Source: Candidatus Nomurabacteria bacterium GW2011_GWA1_36_15
GTDB lineage: Bacteria; Patescibacteriota; Minisyncoccia; Phycocordibacterales; UBA9973
DNA length: 64,000 nucleotides
Assembly (NCBI GenBank): GCA_000991415.1
Contig: LBRM01000004.1
Coordinates: forward strand, 1,398 to 65,397
Direction: 5' to 3'
Below, piece by piece: positions 1 to 9,328 of this stretch. The stretch's first letter is position 1, and every line of letters starts with the position of its first letter. The translations under genes were made by a program, and so were the position numbers. The notes beneath the pieces were generated by a model that saw nothing but the letters and a program-made list of their open reading frames with translations, was not told the DNA's origin and did not search any database.

Positions 1-249
1 GATCAATTTTTTCGTTTCGAAAAAGGAGAAGGCAAGTGTGTTATTGATGGTAATTTTTATGAGCTTAAAGACGGGTCGGTTATTATGGTTCCAGCTGGGG
101 CTGAACATAATATTATCAATACATCCAGTTCGGAAGATCTGAAACTTTATACGATTTATTCTCCCGCTCATCATAAAGATGGAATTGTAAAAACTACAAA
201 AAAAGAAGCAGAAAATGGGCCAGAATTTGACGGAGTGACAACAGAATAA
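1..249 (+). CDS. Cupin-domain protein, 5'-truncated by window edge
   Basis: Frame 1 translated by hand: DQFFRFEKGEGKCVIDG...VPAGAEHNIINT...LKLYTIYSP, stop TAA 247-249; cupin motif 2 (VPAGxxH). Confidence 0.8.
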   Translation, partial: DQFFRFEKGEGKCVIDGNFYELKDGSVIMVPAGAEHNIINTSSSEDLKLYTIYSPAHHKDGIVKTTKKEAENGPEFDGVTTE

Positions 250-276
250 TAAATAAGATTGTGTTAGAATATCCGT

Positions 277-1023
277 ATGTCCGAGTATTACAAAGCCAAT
301 AGAATAAGAAATGTTTATAATCCAAAGAACCCAGATCCTTTTAAATTGTCTCGCTCTAAAATTGAACTTTTTACCGAGTGTCCAAAATGTTTTTATTTAG
401 ACCGCAGACTGGGAATAGGAAGACCGCCAGGGTTTCCTTTTAATTTAAATACTGCAGTCGATACGCTTTTGAAGAAAGAATTTGATATTCATAGAGCAAA
501 TAAGACCACGCATCCGTTGATGAAAGCATATAAGATAAACGCCATTCCTTTTGATCATGAAATGATGGATGAATGGAGAAGAAATTTTGGCGGAATACAA
601 TATCATCATGAACCCACTAATTTTATAATGACCGGGGCGGTGGATGATTTATGGATTAATCCCAGAGGGGAGCTTATTGTGGTGGACTATAAATCTACCA
701 GTAAACAGGAAAAAGTTACTCTTGATGCCGAGTGGCAAATGGGATACAAAAGACAAATGGAAATGTATCAATGGCTTCTCCGTCAGCTTGGGTTTAAGGT
801 GTCTGACACTGGTTACTTTGTTTACTGTAACGGAAAAACGGACCGCAAAGCATTTGACGGAAAACTGGAATTTGATATTGATTTGATTCCTTATACCGGT
901 GATGATTCGTGGGTAGAAGGTGCATTATTGAAAGTAAAAAAATGCCTGAACGGCAAGATACCAAAAGCCAGCCCCGGATGCGATTATTGTAATTATCGAG
1001 AAGCTGTACAAAAAATAAAGTAA
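277..1023 (+). CDS. PD-(D/E)XK (RecB/Cas4-like) nuclease
   Basis: GAVDDLW...VVDYKS motif, QMEMY, N-terminal CPKC and C-terminal CDYC. Confidence 0.8.
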   Translation: MSEYYKANRIRNVYNPKNPDPFKLSRSKIELFTECPKCFYLDRRLGIGRPPGFPFNLNTAVDTLLKKEFDIHRANKTTHPLMKAYKINAIPFDHEMMDEWRRNFGGIQYHHEPTNFIMTGAVDDLWINPRGELIVVDYKSTSKQEKVTLDAEWQMGYKRQMEMYQWLLRQLGFKVSDTGYFVYCNGKTDRKAFDGKLEFDIDLIPYTGDDSWVEGALLKVKKCLNGKIPKASPGCDYCNYREAVQKIK

Positions 1024-1026
1024 AAA

Positions 1027-1128
1027 TTAAAACAATAATCCAGGTCCATTATCCAGCCAGCCCAAGTAAAAACCCAAGACGATAAAAAGAATTGTTAAAA
1101 TAATTAAAATCCAGTCGGTTTTTTCCAC
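1027..1128 (-). CDS. 33-aa single-TM small protein (not in ORF track)
   Basis: GTG start, MEKTDWILIILTILFIVLGFYLGWLDNGPGLLF*; TGtTATAAT lies 6 nt upstream of GTG. Confidence 0.6.
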   Translation of the reverse strand: MEKTDWILIILTILFIVLGFYLGWLDNGPGLLF

Positions 1129-1187
1129 GTTTTTATTATAACAAATATAGCAAAAAAGCCATTTTTGTGATATATTTTGTTAATCAA

Positions 1188-1913
1188 ATGGAGAAAGAAA
1201 TTAAAAAGAGTCCATCTGTCATGGCGGGTAAAGAGCATCCACTTTCAATATTGGCCAATCGAGCTTATGATATTTTTTCCTCGCTTGGCTTTGAAATTGC
1301 CGTCGGACCGGAGTTGGAAAGTGAATGGTATAACTTTGATGTTTTAAATGTTTCCAAAGATCATCCTGCCCGGGACATGCAAGACACTTTTTTTATCAAA
1401 GACCAAAAGGAAAAAGTACTTCGCACCCATACAACAAATGTTTCAGCTCGGGCAATCGAAAAAGCAAGCAAAGAGGGCAGAATACCGTGCGCATTCATTT
1501 CTATTGGGAAAGTTTTTAGAAATGAAGCAACAGATTCAACGCACGAAACGCAGTTTTTCCAGATAGACGGAACCATGATTGGCGAAGATATTTCCATTGC
1601 AGATTTAAAAGGTATCCTTACTTATTTTTATAAAAAAATGCTAGGCGATGAAGTGGAAATGGAATTTCGTCCAAGTTTTTTTCCTTTTGTTGAACCCGGC
1701 CTTGAAGTTTGGTTAAAATTTAAAGATCAGTGGTTAGAAGTTATGGGTGCTGGCATGCTTCATCCGAATGTATTAAAAAATGTCGGTCTTGATCCCAAAA
1801 AGATTCGAGGTTTTGCTTTTGGCGGAGGGCTTGATCGTATTGCTATGGTCAAATGGAATATTTCTGACGTTCGTCTTTTTTATCAAGGAGACTTAAGATT
1901 AAATCAATTTTGA
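1188..1913 (+). CDS. pheS: Phenylalanyl-tRNA synthetase alpha subunit (short, no N-terminal coiled coil)
   Basis: HPARDMQDTF, LRTHT, FRNE, FFPFVEP, GAGMLHP motifs; adjacent to pheT. Confidence 0.95.
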   Translation: MEKEIKKSPSVMAGKEHPLSILANRAYDIFSSLGFEIAVGPELESEWYNFDVLNVSKDHPARDMQDTFFIKDQKEKVLRTHTTNVSARAIEKASKEGRIPCAFISIGKVFRNEATDSTHETQFFQIDGTMIGEDISIADLKGILTYFYKKMLGDEVEMEFRPSFFPFVEPGLEVWLKFKDQWLEVMGAGMLHPNVLKNVGLDPKKIRGFAFGGGLDRIAMVKWNISDVRLFYQGDLRLNQF

Positions 1914-1916
1914 AAA

Positions 1917-3752
1917 ATGAAAATATCTTATAATTGGCTCAAATGGTATATCCCGGAAATTCCAAAAGCAGAAAAATTACGAGATATTTTTACCTATTAT
2001 CTTTGTGAAGTTGAAAACATTGAAAAAAAAGGGGGCGATACTATTTTTGATGTAAATATTTTACCAAACAGGGCGCATGATTTGCTTAGCCACCTTGGTA
2101 TTGCTCGGGAACTCGCTTCACTTTTGAATATATCTTTTAAAGATCCAACTCCGATGTATAAAATTCCAGAGACGAAATCTACTAATTTAAAAATAAAATT
2201 GGAAACTGATAAATGCCGTCGTTATATGGGGCGGATCGTAAGAAATGTGAAAATTGGGCCCTCGCCCGACTGGGTACAGAAACATTTAGAGTCTATTGGG
2301 CAAAGAAGCATCAATAATATTGTAGATGCAACAAATATTGTTATGTATGATTCCGGACAGCCATGTCATGCTTTTGACTTGGATAAACTAGCGAACGAGA
2401 TATTAATTATTAGGCAGGCAAAAGAAGGAGAAAATATAACAACTCTTGATGGCAAAGAAGTGAAACTTTCGTCTATGGATATGGTGATTGCGGATGAAAA
2501 AAATATTCTAGCCATTGCTGGGGTGAAAGGCGGGAAGCTTGCCGAAGTGGATGGAAATACCAGAAATATTTTGATAGAAGTAGCGAGTTTTGATCCTATC
2601 TCTGTGCGTAAAACCTCAAAAAGAATGGGAATTTTAACTGATTCTTCTAAAAGATTTGAGAATAATTTATCTCCGGAAATTGTTTTTTATGCCATGAGAG
2701 AGATTTCGGGACTTTTAGTCGAATATGGCGGACTTGAGTTTGAAAAAATAATAGATATTTATCCAAACAAACAAAAACCCAGAGGACTTTCTTTTTCGGC
2801 TGATAAAATATCTAAAATTTTAGGGGTGGCAATATCGGAAACCGAAATAGAAAATATTTTGAAAAGATATAATTTTGAATATGAAAATAAAAATAGAGAA
2901 TTTAAAATTGTTATTCCACCGACGCGTTTTGATTTGGAGATAGAAGAGGATATGGCAGAAGAGATAGGAAGAATTTTGGGATACGATAAGGTAAAGCCAA
3001 AAATTCCGAAAATTAATTTCAAACCGAAAGTAAATAATACATATGCAAAAATTAGTTGGGCGCGGAATAAATTACTTAGTGAAGGTTATAGCGAAGTGAT
3101 GACTTATAGTTTTTGTAATAAAGGAGAAGTAGAAGTACTTGCCTCTGCATCAGATAAAAATTTTTTAAGAACAGGTTTGAATAACGGTTTAAAAGAAAGT
3201 TTGAAATTAAATCAACTCAATGCGCCCTTGTTTCAGATGGATGATATAAAAATTTTTGAAATTGGGACGGTATTTAAAAAAGGTACGGAAGAGATAAATA
3301 TTGCTTATGGTGATAAAAAAGAAATAAAAGAAATTGAATTAAATAAATTTGTTTCTGAAAAGCTTTCTTCTGAAGAGCACGGATATTTTTCTGCTGAAAA
3401 ATTCCTCGTGCTCGCGCCGTCGCGCTCCCAAGTCTCTTCAGGAGAAACTTTTCATTCACAAATTTTCAAAATGTGGTCAATGTATCCATTTATCACCCGT
3501 GATATTGCAGTCTGGGTTCCAGAAAATATTTCAAGTAGTGAGGTAGAGAAAGTTATAAAAAATAATGCCGGAGAACTTGTTATAAGGGGTCCAGAACTAT
3601 TTGATCAGTTTAAAAAAGGGAACCAAATTTCTTACGCTTTTAAGTTGGTTTTTCAATCTTATGAAAGAACTCTTACAGATGATGAAGTTAATGAAATTAT
3701 GGCTAAAATAGGCCATAAAATAAGCGAAAATTCAAGCTGGCAAATACGATAA
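1917..3752 (+). CDS. pheT: Phenylalanyl-tRNA synthetase beta subunit (short form)
   Basis: MKISYNWLK, PNRAHD, INNIVDATN, RFDLEIEEDMAEEIGR, C-terminal RDIA...RTLTD. Confidence 0.95.
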   Translation: MKISYNWLKWYIPEIPKAEKLRDIFTYYLCEVENIEKKGGDTIFDVNILPNRAHDLLSHLGIARELASLLNISFKDPTPMYKIPETKSTNLKIKLETDKCRRYMGRIVRNVKIGPSPDWVQKHLESIGQRSINNIVDATNIVMYDSGQPCHAFDLDKLANEILIIRQAKEGENITTLDGKEVKLSSMDMVIADEKNILAIAGVKGGKLAEVDGNTRNILIEVASFDPISVRKTSKRMGILTDSSKRFENNLSPEIVFYAMREISGLLVEYGGLEFEKIIDIYPNKQKPRGLSFSADKISKILGVAISETEIENILKRYNFEYENKNREFKIVIPPTRFDLEIEEDMAEEIGRILGYDKVKPKIPKINFKPKVNNTYAKISWARNKLLSEGYSEVMTYSFCNKGEVEVLASASDKNFLRTGLNNGLKESLKLNQLNAPLFQMDDIKIFEIGTVFKKGTEEINIAYGDKKEIKEIELNKFVSEKLSSEEHGYFSAEKFLVLAPSRSQVSSGETFHSQIFKMWSMYPFITRDIAVWVPENISSSEVEKVIKNNAGELVIRGPELFDQFKKGNQISYAFKLVFQSYERTLTDDEVNEIMAKIGHKISENSSWQIR

Positions 3753-3840
3753 AACACTAGTTTTTTTGTTACTTTTTTGCTATAATATATAAAGCAAAAA
3801 TAGATTTTTGCTTTTATTTTTGAGTCAATTTTGACACCAA

Positions 3841-5928
3841 ATGGCTAAAGAAAAAGAGATAAAAAGTGGGCATCATTATGATGCCTCAGATATATCGGTT
3901 CTCGAAGGACTTGATCCGGTTAGACGTCGTCCCGGAATGTATATCGGAACCACAGGTCCCGAAGGATTACATCATTTAGTTTGGGAAATTTTTGATAACT
4001 CACGCGATGAAGCGATGGGTGGTTTTTGTGATGATATAGAAGTTGTGCTTTTACCAAATAATCGTGTTCGTGTGGCAGACAATGGCAGAGGCGTGCCTGT
4101 TGATATACATAAAAAAACTAAAGTATCCGCCTTAGAAACGGTAATGACCACACTTCATGCCGGAGGAAAATTCGGAGGGGAAAACAGTGGATATAAAGTT
4201 TCTGGAGGATTGCATGGTGTTGGGGCCTCCGTTGTGAATGCGCTTTCTATTTACTGTAAAGCAGAAGTGCACAAAGATGGTGGCAAATATATCCAGGAAT
4301 ATTCTCAGGGTAAGAAAAAATCTCTGGTGAAAAAAGTCAATTCTTCCAAGTTGCATGGAACTATTATCACTTTTGAACCAGATAAAGAAATTTTTAAAGA
4401 TATAAAATTTGATTGGAATACGATTATTGGTCACATTCGTCAACAAGCATATTTGGTAAAAGGGCTTAAAATTTTAATAATTGATGCTCGGGGATACGAG
4501 GGAAAAATAGATGATTCAGATGTTTTCTATTTTAGAGAGCTGGGACTTGAATTGCCTTCTGTCTCTTTTTATTTTGAGGGAGGGCTTACTTCGCTTATAA
4601 AATATTATAATAAGTTTCAGAAACCGGTTCATAATAGTATTTTTTATGTCGAGAAAGAATTGGATAATGTACTAGTAGAAATAGCTCTTCAATATGTGGA
4701 TGATATTGTGGACCGTATCATTCCTTTTGCCAACAATATTTATACGGGAGAAGGTGGCACGCATGTGACTGGCTTTAAAACTGCATTAACTAGAACCCTA
4801 AACACCTACTGCAAAAAAAATGAAATGATGAAAGAATCGGAAGGTGGTTTTACAGGGGATGATGTTTTAGAAGGTTTGACTTGTGTTATTTCCGTTAAGC
4901 TTCGGGAAATCCAATTTGAGGGCCAAACAAAAGCAAAATTGGGTTCTATGGAAGCACAGGGTGCCGTTGGTACCGTATTCGGGGAAACATTTACAAACTT
5001 TCTAGAAGAAAATCCAGATGAAGCGAAAGCTATAATTAATAAATCTGTGCTTGCTTTAAAAGCACGTAAAGCCGCCAAGGCAGCAAAAGATTCGGTACTT
5101 CGCAAAGGTGCGCTTGAAGGTATGACCCTTCCTGGTAAATTAGCAGATTGTCAAAGTAAAAGTGCAGAAGAATCTGAATTATTTTTAGTGGAAGGAGATT
5201 CAGCTGGTGGTTCAGCCAAACAAGGCAGAGATAGACGCATTCAAGCGGTGTTGCCTCTTCGCGGAAAAATTTTAAATGTTGAACGCGCGCGCATAGATAA
5301 AATGTTGGCCTCTAAAGAAGTAAGAGCTCTAGTTATTGCTATGGGAACTTCTATTGGAGATACTTTTGATCTTTCTAAAATGCGTTATCATAAAATAATT
5401 ATTGCGACAGATGCTGATGTTGATGGGGCGCATATTCGTACCCTTTTACTTACTCTTTTTTATAGATATTTTAGACAAGTCATTGAAACGGGATATATTT
5501 ATATTGCCCAACCACCGCTTTATAAGATAAAAAAAGGCAAAGAAATCAGTTATGCTTATTCTGATGCAGAAAAAATAAAAATTATTGGGAAAGAAACCGA
5601 TGTAAGTGAAATACAAGCGGTAGAAACTGATGTTGAAGTTCCGGAAGGGGAAATTATTGAAAATGAAAAATCACCCGCCCGAACGGCCGAGGCCTCTCGG
5701 TCGGGCGGGAATAAAATTCATATCCAACGCTACAAAGGTCTCGGGGAAATGAATCCGGAGGAACTCTGGGAAACGACTATGGATCCGGCCCATCGCGTAC
5801 TGAAGAAAGTAAATATAGACGATGCCGAAGAAGCCAATAAAGTTTTTGAAATTCTAATGGGCTCTGAAGTTCCTCCTCGCAAATCTTTTATTCAGTCCAA
5901 CGCCAAATTAGCGGAGATTGATATTTAA
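3841..5928 (+). CDS. gyrB: DNA gyrase subunit B
   Basis: LEGLDPVRRRPGMYIG, VEGDSAGG, PLRGKILN, TDADVDG, RYKGLGEMN. Confidence 0.97.
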   Translation: MAKEKEIKSGHHYDASDISVLEGLDPVRRRPGMYIGTTGPEGLHHLVWEIFDNSRDEAMGGFCDDIEVVLLPNNRVRVADNGRGVPVDIHKKTKVSALETVMTTLHAGGKFGGENSGYKVSGGLHGVGASVVNALSIYCKAEVHKDGGKYIQEYSQGKKKSLVKKVNSSKLHGTIITFEPDKEIFKDIKFDWNTIIGHIRQQAYLVKGLKILIIDARGYEGKIDDSDVFYFRELGLELPSVSFYFEGGLTSLIKYYNKFQKPVHNSIFYVEKELDNVLVEIALQYVDDIVDRIIPFANNIYTGEGGTHVTGFKTALTRTLNTYCKKNEMMKESEGGFTGDDVLEGLTCVISVKLREIQFEGQTKAKLGSMEAQGAVGTVFGETFTNFLEENPDEAKAIINKSVLALKARKAAKAAKDSVLRKGALEGMTLPGKLADCQSKSAEESELFLVEGDSAGGSAKQGRDRRIQAVLPLRGKILNVERARIDKMLASKEVRALVIAMGTSIGDTFDLSKMRYHKIIIATDADVDGAHIRTLLLTLFYRYFRQVIETGYIYIAQPPLYKIKKGKEISYAYSDAEKIKIIGKETDVSEIQAVETDVEVPEGEIIENEKSPARTAEASRSGGNKIHIQRYKGLGEMNPEELWETTMDPAHRVLKKVNIDDAEEANKVFEILMGSEVPPRKSFIQSNAKLAEIDI

Positions 5929-7682
5929 CTACTTTTCTCTTCTATTTCTTTTTTTAGCTTTGTGAGAAATTCTTCAGTGGAAATGTTTTCAAATTTTTTA
6001 TCGTTTCTGCCTTCCACGGTAAGCTTTTTTGATCCTTTTTCCCTGTCACCGATAATTATTAGATATGGAATTTTTTGTACCTTTGCGTTGCGAATTTTTT
6101 TACTCAAAGATTCATTAGATTCATCAAGCTCCACACGCACGTCATTTTCTTTTAGAGTTTTAAAAATTTCAGTGGCATAGTCCAGATGTTTGTCTCCCGA
6201 AATTGGAATAATTTTTATTTGCACTGGAGAGAGCCAAAGAGGGAATGCGCCAGCATAATGTTCAATTAAAATTCCCATAAATCTTTCAAAAGAACCCAAT
6301 ATAGCCACATGTAGAACTACTACTCGATGTTTTTTGCCGTCTTCTCCCACATAATCCATCTCGAAATTATTTGGTTGATTAAAATCAAGTTGTATTGTTG
6401 CTAGTTGCCATTCTCTTCCGATCGAATCTTTTATTTTTATGTCAATTTTAGGTCCATAAAATGCAGCTTCGCCTTCCTCAACGTTGTATTTTAGACCCAT
6501 TTTTTTTGCAGAATTAATTAATATTTTTTCTGCATTCTCCCATATTTCATCATTTCCGAAATATTTTTCTTTATTTTTAGTGTTTCGTGTAGAAACTTCG
6601 ACTTTGTAATTATCAAAACCAAATAATTTGTAAACTTTTCGCATCAAACTAAAAATCATTTCAATTTCTGATTCAATTTGATCAGTTCTTATGAAATGAT
6701 GAGTGTCGTCTTGGGTTAGATTTTTAACGCGCAGAAGTCCGGATAATTCACCGCTTTTTTCATTGCGATAGACGGTTGTATTTTCTGCTATACGTAAAGG
6801 TAAATCACGATAGCTATGTAGTTCTGCATTATATATTTCAAAATGATGAGGGCAATTCATCGCTTTCATGACAAATTCTTCACCATCTTCATCCGTCATA
6901 ATTGGCATCATTGCGTTATATTTACCTATGTGTCCGCTACGAATGTAGAGTTCTTTTCTGGCTATGTGTGGAATGGTTACAAAAAAATAACCCAATTTTT
7001 CTTTTTCTTTTCTTATGAAATTTTCTAATTCAGTTTTAATGATATTGCCTTTTGGTAAATACATTGGTAGCCCTTTGCCAACTAAATCTGAGATAGTAAA
7101 CAAACTAAGTTCTTTTCCTAATTTCTTGTGGTCCCTCTTTTCGGCTTCTTTACGCATTTTGATGTATTCATCAAGTTTTTCTTTTGTCTCAAAAGCCAAT
7201 CCGTAAATACGAGTAAGCATTTTGTTTTTTTCATTTCCACGCCAATATGCTCCAGCCACACGGTCTAACTTAAATGAATCAAATTTAATTTCTTTACTTG
7301 GATTTTTCAAATGTCCTCCTCGGCAAAGATCTGTAAAATCTCCACATTTATAAAAAGTTATTTTTTCACCTTTTCCAATGATTTCTTCTATCAGTTCTAT
7401 TTTGTATTCATTCTTTTTAAAATATTCTTTTGCCTCTTTTTCACTTTTTTCTTTACTCTCAAACTCTTTCCAAGATTTTAAAATCTCTTTCATTTTCTTC
7501 TCTATTTTAGGCAAATCTTTATCAGAAATAGGTGAACTAAACTCAAAATCATAATAAAAACCGTCTTCTATTGATGGGCCGATAGTATTTTTTGTATCTG
7601 GATATATCTTTAAAACAGCTGCAGCTAAAAGGTGAGCTAAAGAATGTCTTAAATTATGCAGTTTTTCATTCTTATTTTCCAT
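5925..7682 (-). CDS. thrS: Threonyl-tRNA synthetase (lacks N-terminal TGS domain)
   Basis: RHSLAHLLA, DLCRGGH, GAYWRG, MNCPHH, EAAFYGPK. Confidence 0.97.
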   Translation of the reverse strand: MENKNEKLHNLRHSLAHLLAAAVLKIYPDTKNTIGPSIEDGFYYDFEFSSPISDKDLPKIEKKMKEILKSWKEFESKEKSEKEAKEYFKKNEYKIELIEEIIGKGEKITFYKCGDFTDLCRGGHLKNPSKEIKFDSFKLDRVAGAYWRGNEKNKMLTRIYGLAFETKEKLDEYIKMRKEAEKRDHKKLGKELSLFTISDLVGKGLPMYLPKGNIIKTELENFIRKEKEKLGYFFVTIPHIARKELYIRSGHIGKYNAMMPIMTDEDGEEFVMKAMNCPHHFEIYNAELHSYRDLPLRIAENTTVYRNEKSGELSGLLRVKNLTQDDTHHFIRTDQIESEIEMIFSLMRKVYKLFGFDNYKVEVSTRNTKNKEKYFGNDEIWENAEKILINSAKKMGLKYNVEEGEAAFYGPKIDIKIKDSIGREWQLATIQLDFNQPNNFEMDYVGEDGKKHRVVVLHVAILGSFERFMGILIEHYAGAFPLWLSPVQIKIIPISGDKHLDYATEIFKTLKENDVRVELDESNESLSKKIRNAKVQKIPYLIIIGDREKGSKKLTVEGRNDKKFENISTEEFLTKLKKEIEEKSS

Positions 7683-7725
7683 AAAAAGTCCTTTAATTAT
7701 AGCATTTTTATGATTAACAAAAGAC

Positions 7726-7753
7726 TTGCTTTTTACATAGTATATGATATAAT
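7726..7753 (+). promoter_or_regulatory. Sigma70-type promoter of DGR target gene
   Basis: TTGCTT-16 nt-TATAAT with TGn extension; AGGAG Shine-Dalgarno at 7824-7828. Confidence 0.65.
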
Positions 7754-7837
7754 ATATGAGACAAAATAATTGTTCTTTGTCACCTTTAAAACCGTGCCTG
7801 ACGGGTTTCAGGTAATAAATAAAAGGAGAAATAAATT

Positions 7838-8572
7838 ATGAACGACATGTTAGCACGCCAAAAAGCACGCGCTGTCGGTAAAATTACCACTGCTCTGCTT
7901 CTAAATGATCCTTCCGAAGAAGATCTACGAGTTATAAACTCGCTTCCTGACGCAACCATAAAAAGACGCGTCAAGACAATCTACTTTCCTGGTGTAAAGG
8001 GTCTTGTAAAAAAAGTTGAAGGGGTGTATCCGGAATCTCTACTTGAGTTTCACGATGGTTGGGTAGAATTCTATAAAAACTTTGGTATTACAATTGACTT
8101 AAATGATTTTCCACTTCCCAAAAATATAATTTTGGAACCGGAACAAAATTATTGGTCTATTGTTGTTCCAGATATGAATCCTCAAAAAGCATTCGAATTA
8201 CGCAAACAAATTACTTCTGTTTATGAATACACAAGTGTTTCAAAAATAATTGATGTGTATCCAAGAATAAAAGTGTCTGTAATTAAAGCTAATTTGGATA
8301 CCAAAGTTGAGTATCCTAATGTTTCGCTCAACAAAAGCATGGAACTTGGTCTATTTGGCACTACATTCACCGAAGGCTGTCTAATTGATGGTCGAGTGTT
8401 CAAAGATAGTGGTGTTCATCTTGATGTTAGTAGTTGGACACTTCACACCGGTTCTCGTGGCTCGGATGGCAGGGTTCCGCGCTCGCGCTGGCTCGACGTC
8501 GAGTTCAATGTGCGTTCCTATAATCCGGACTATGCGAGTCCTTACTTGTCTCTCCGCCAAAAGCAGTTTTAA
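7838..8572 (+). CDS. DGR target protein (C-terminal variable region, probable C-type lectin-like fold)
   Basis: 3' end matches TR except at adenines; C-terminus TLHTGSRxSDGxVPxSxW...LSLRQ; no signal peptide or TM seen; fold is inferred. Confidence 0.9.
   Translation: MNDMLARQKARAVGKITTALLLNDPSEEDLRVINSLPDATIKRRVKTIYFPGVKGLVKKVEGVYPESLLEFHDGWVEFYKNFGITIDLNDFPLPKNIILEPEQNYWSIVVPDMNPQKAFELRKQITSVYEYTSVSKIIDVYPRIKVSVIKANLDTKVEYPNVSLNKSMELGLFGTTFTEGCLIDGRVFKDSGVHLDVSSWTLHTGSRGSDGRVPRSRWLDVEFNVRSYNPDYASPYLSLRQKQF
8449..8563 (+). repeat. DGR variable repeat (VR) including IMH
   Basis: 115-bp ungapped alignment to 8832-8946 with 23 mismatches, 20 at TR adenines. Confidence 0.95.
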
Positions 8573-8600
8573 ACTTTTTGCTTTTGACTTTTAATCTTTT

Positions 8601-8632
8601 TCGCGTTAGTTTTTAGCTAACGCGATTTTTTT
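8601..8632 (+). terminator. Stem-loop downstream of VR (terminator and/or DGR target-recognition hairpin)
   Basis: TCGCGTTAG / CTAACGCGA 9-bp stem followed by a T-run. Confidence 0.75.
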
Positions 8633-8831
8633 ATGTTAAAATATACTTGGCTAATAAACTGATCTTATAAAATTAAGATAACAGTTTGCCATGTTAAGAA
8701 ACTGCTTACAAAAAATTGAGCATAGATAATACAGTTTAGTAATGATGCTACATATTGCTCACAACCGTGAGAAAACACAGAGAATTAGGCAACTGATTTG
8801 TCGGTGGAATAGATGATTTTTTGTAATAGGA

Positions 8832-8946
8832 CGGTTCTCGTAATTCGGATGGCAATGTTCCGAACTCGAACTGGAACAACGACAAGTTCAATGTGAATTC
8901 AAATAATCCGGACAATGCGAATCCAAACTTGTCTCTCCGCCAGAAG
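8832..8946 (+). repeat. DGR template repeat (TR) including IMH*
   Basis: 13 AAY codons in target frame; non-coding (in-frame TAG at 8827); matches VR. Confidence 0.95.
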
Positions 8947-8966
8947 TTTCTCACTTAAATCCGCTT

Positions 8967-9302
8967 TCAATTTTGATTGAGCGGATTTTGTGTTTGCAGA
9001 TATTTTAACCAACCATTTGTCATTTTAGAAATTTCTTGCAATTTTAGTTCTATGTTTAGATATGCTTTTTCTGTTATGACTTTTATTTCATATTCTGTTC
9101 TGAATAATTGTTTTAATGTTTCTATTTGGAGTCTTGCTTTCTTGACCGAAGTTACCTTTTCAGATTTTGGTTCAAGTGAAGCGTTTATTAAAAAAGAAAA
9201 AGCTTGTAAAAATTCTTTTTCAATATAATTATGAATTCCCAATTTGTCTCGTTTCGGCAACTTGTTGCCAATCGTATACACATAGATATATAATTTTCTC
9301 AT
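8967..9302 (-). CDS. avd: Avd-like accessory variability determinant (four-helix bundle)
   Basis: Basic ~110-130 aa protein with LPKRDK and LQEISKMTNGWLK motifs, located between TR and RT; true start may lie upstream of the G9 tract. Confidence 0.85.
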   Translation of the reverse strand: MRKLYIYVYTIGNKLPKRDKLGIHNYIEKEFLQAFSFLINASLEPKSEKVTSVKKARLQIETLKQLFRTEYEIKVITEKAYLNIELKLQEISKMTNGWLKYLQTQNPLNQN

Positions 9303-9328
9303 TTTGTGAACAACAGGGATGTTAAAAA

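Noticed and set aside
8748-8954. Minus-strand 68-aa ORF over TR, and the Asn-rich plus frame of TR
   Set aside because: Shadow of the TR; the plus frame has an upstream in-frame stop and no start.
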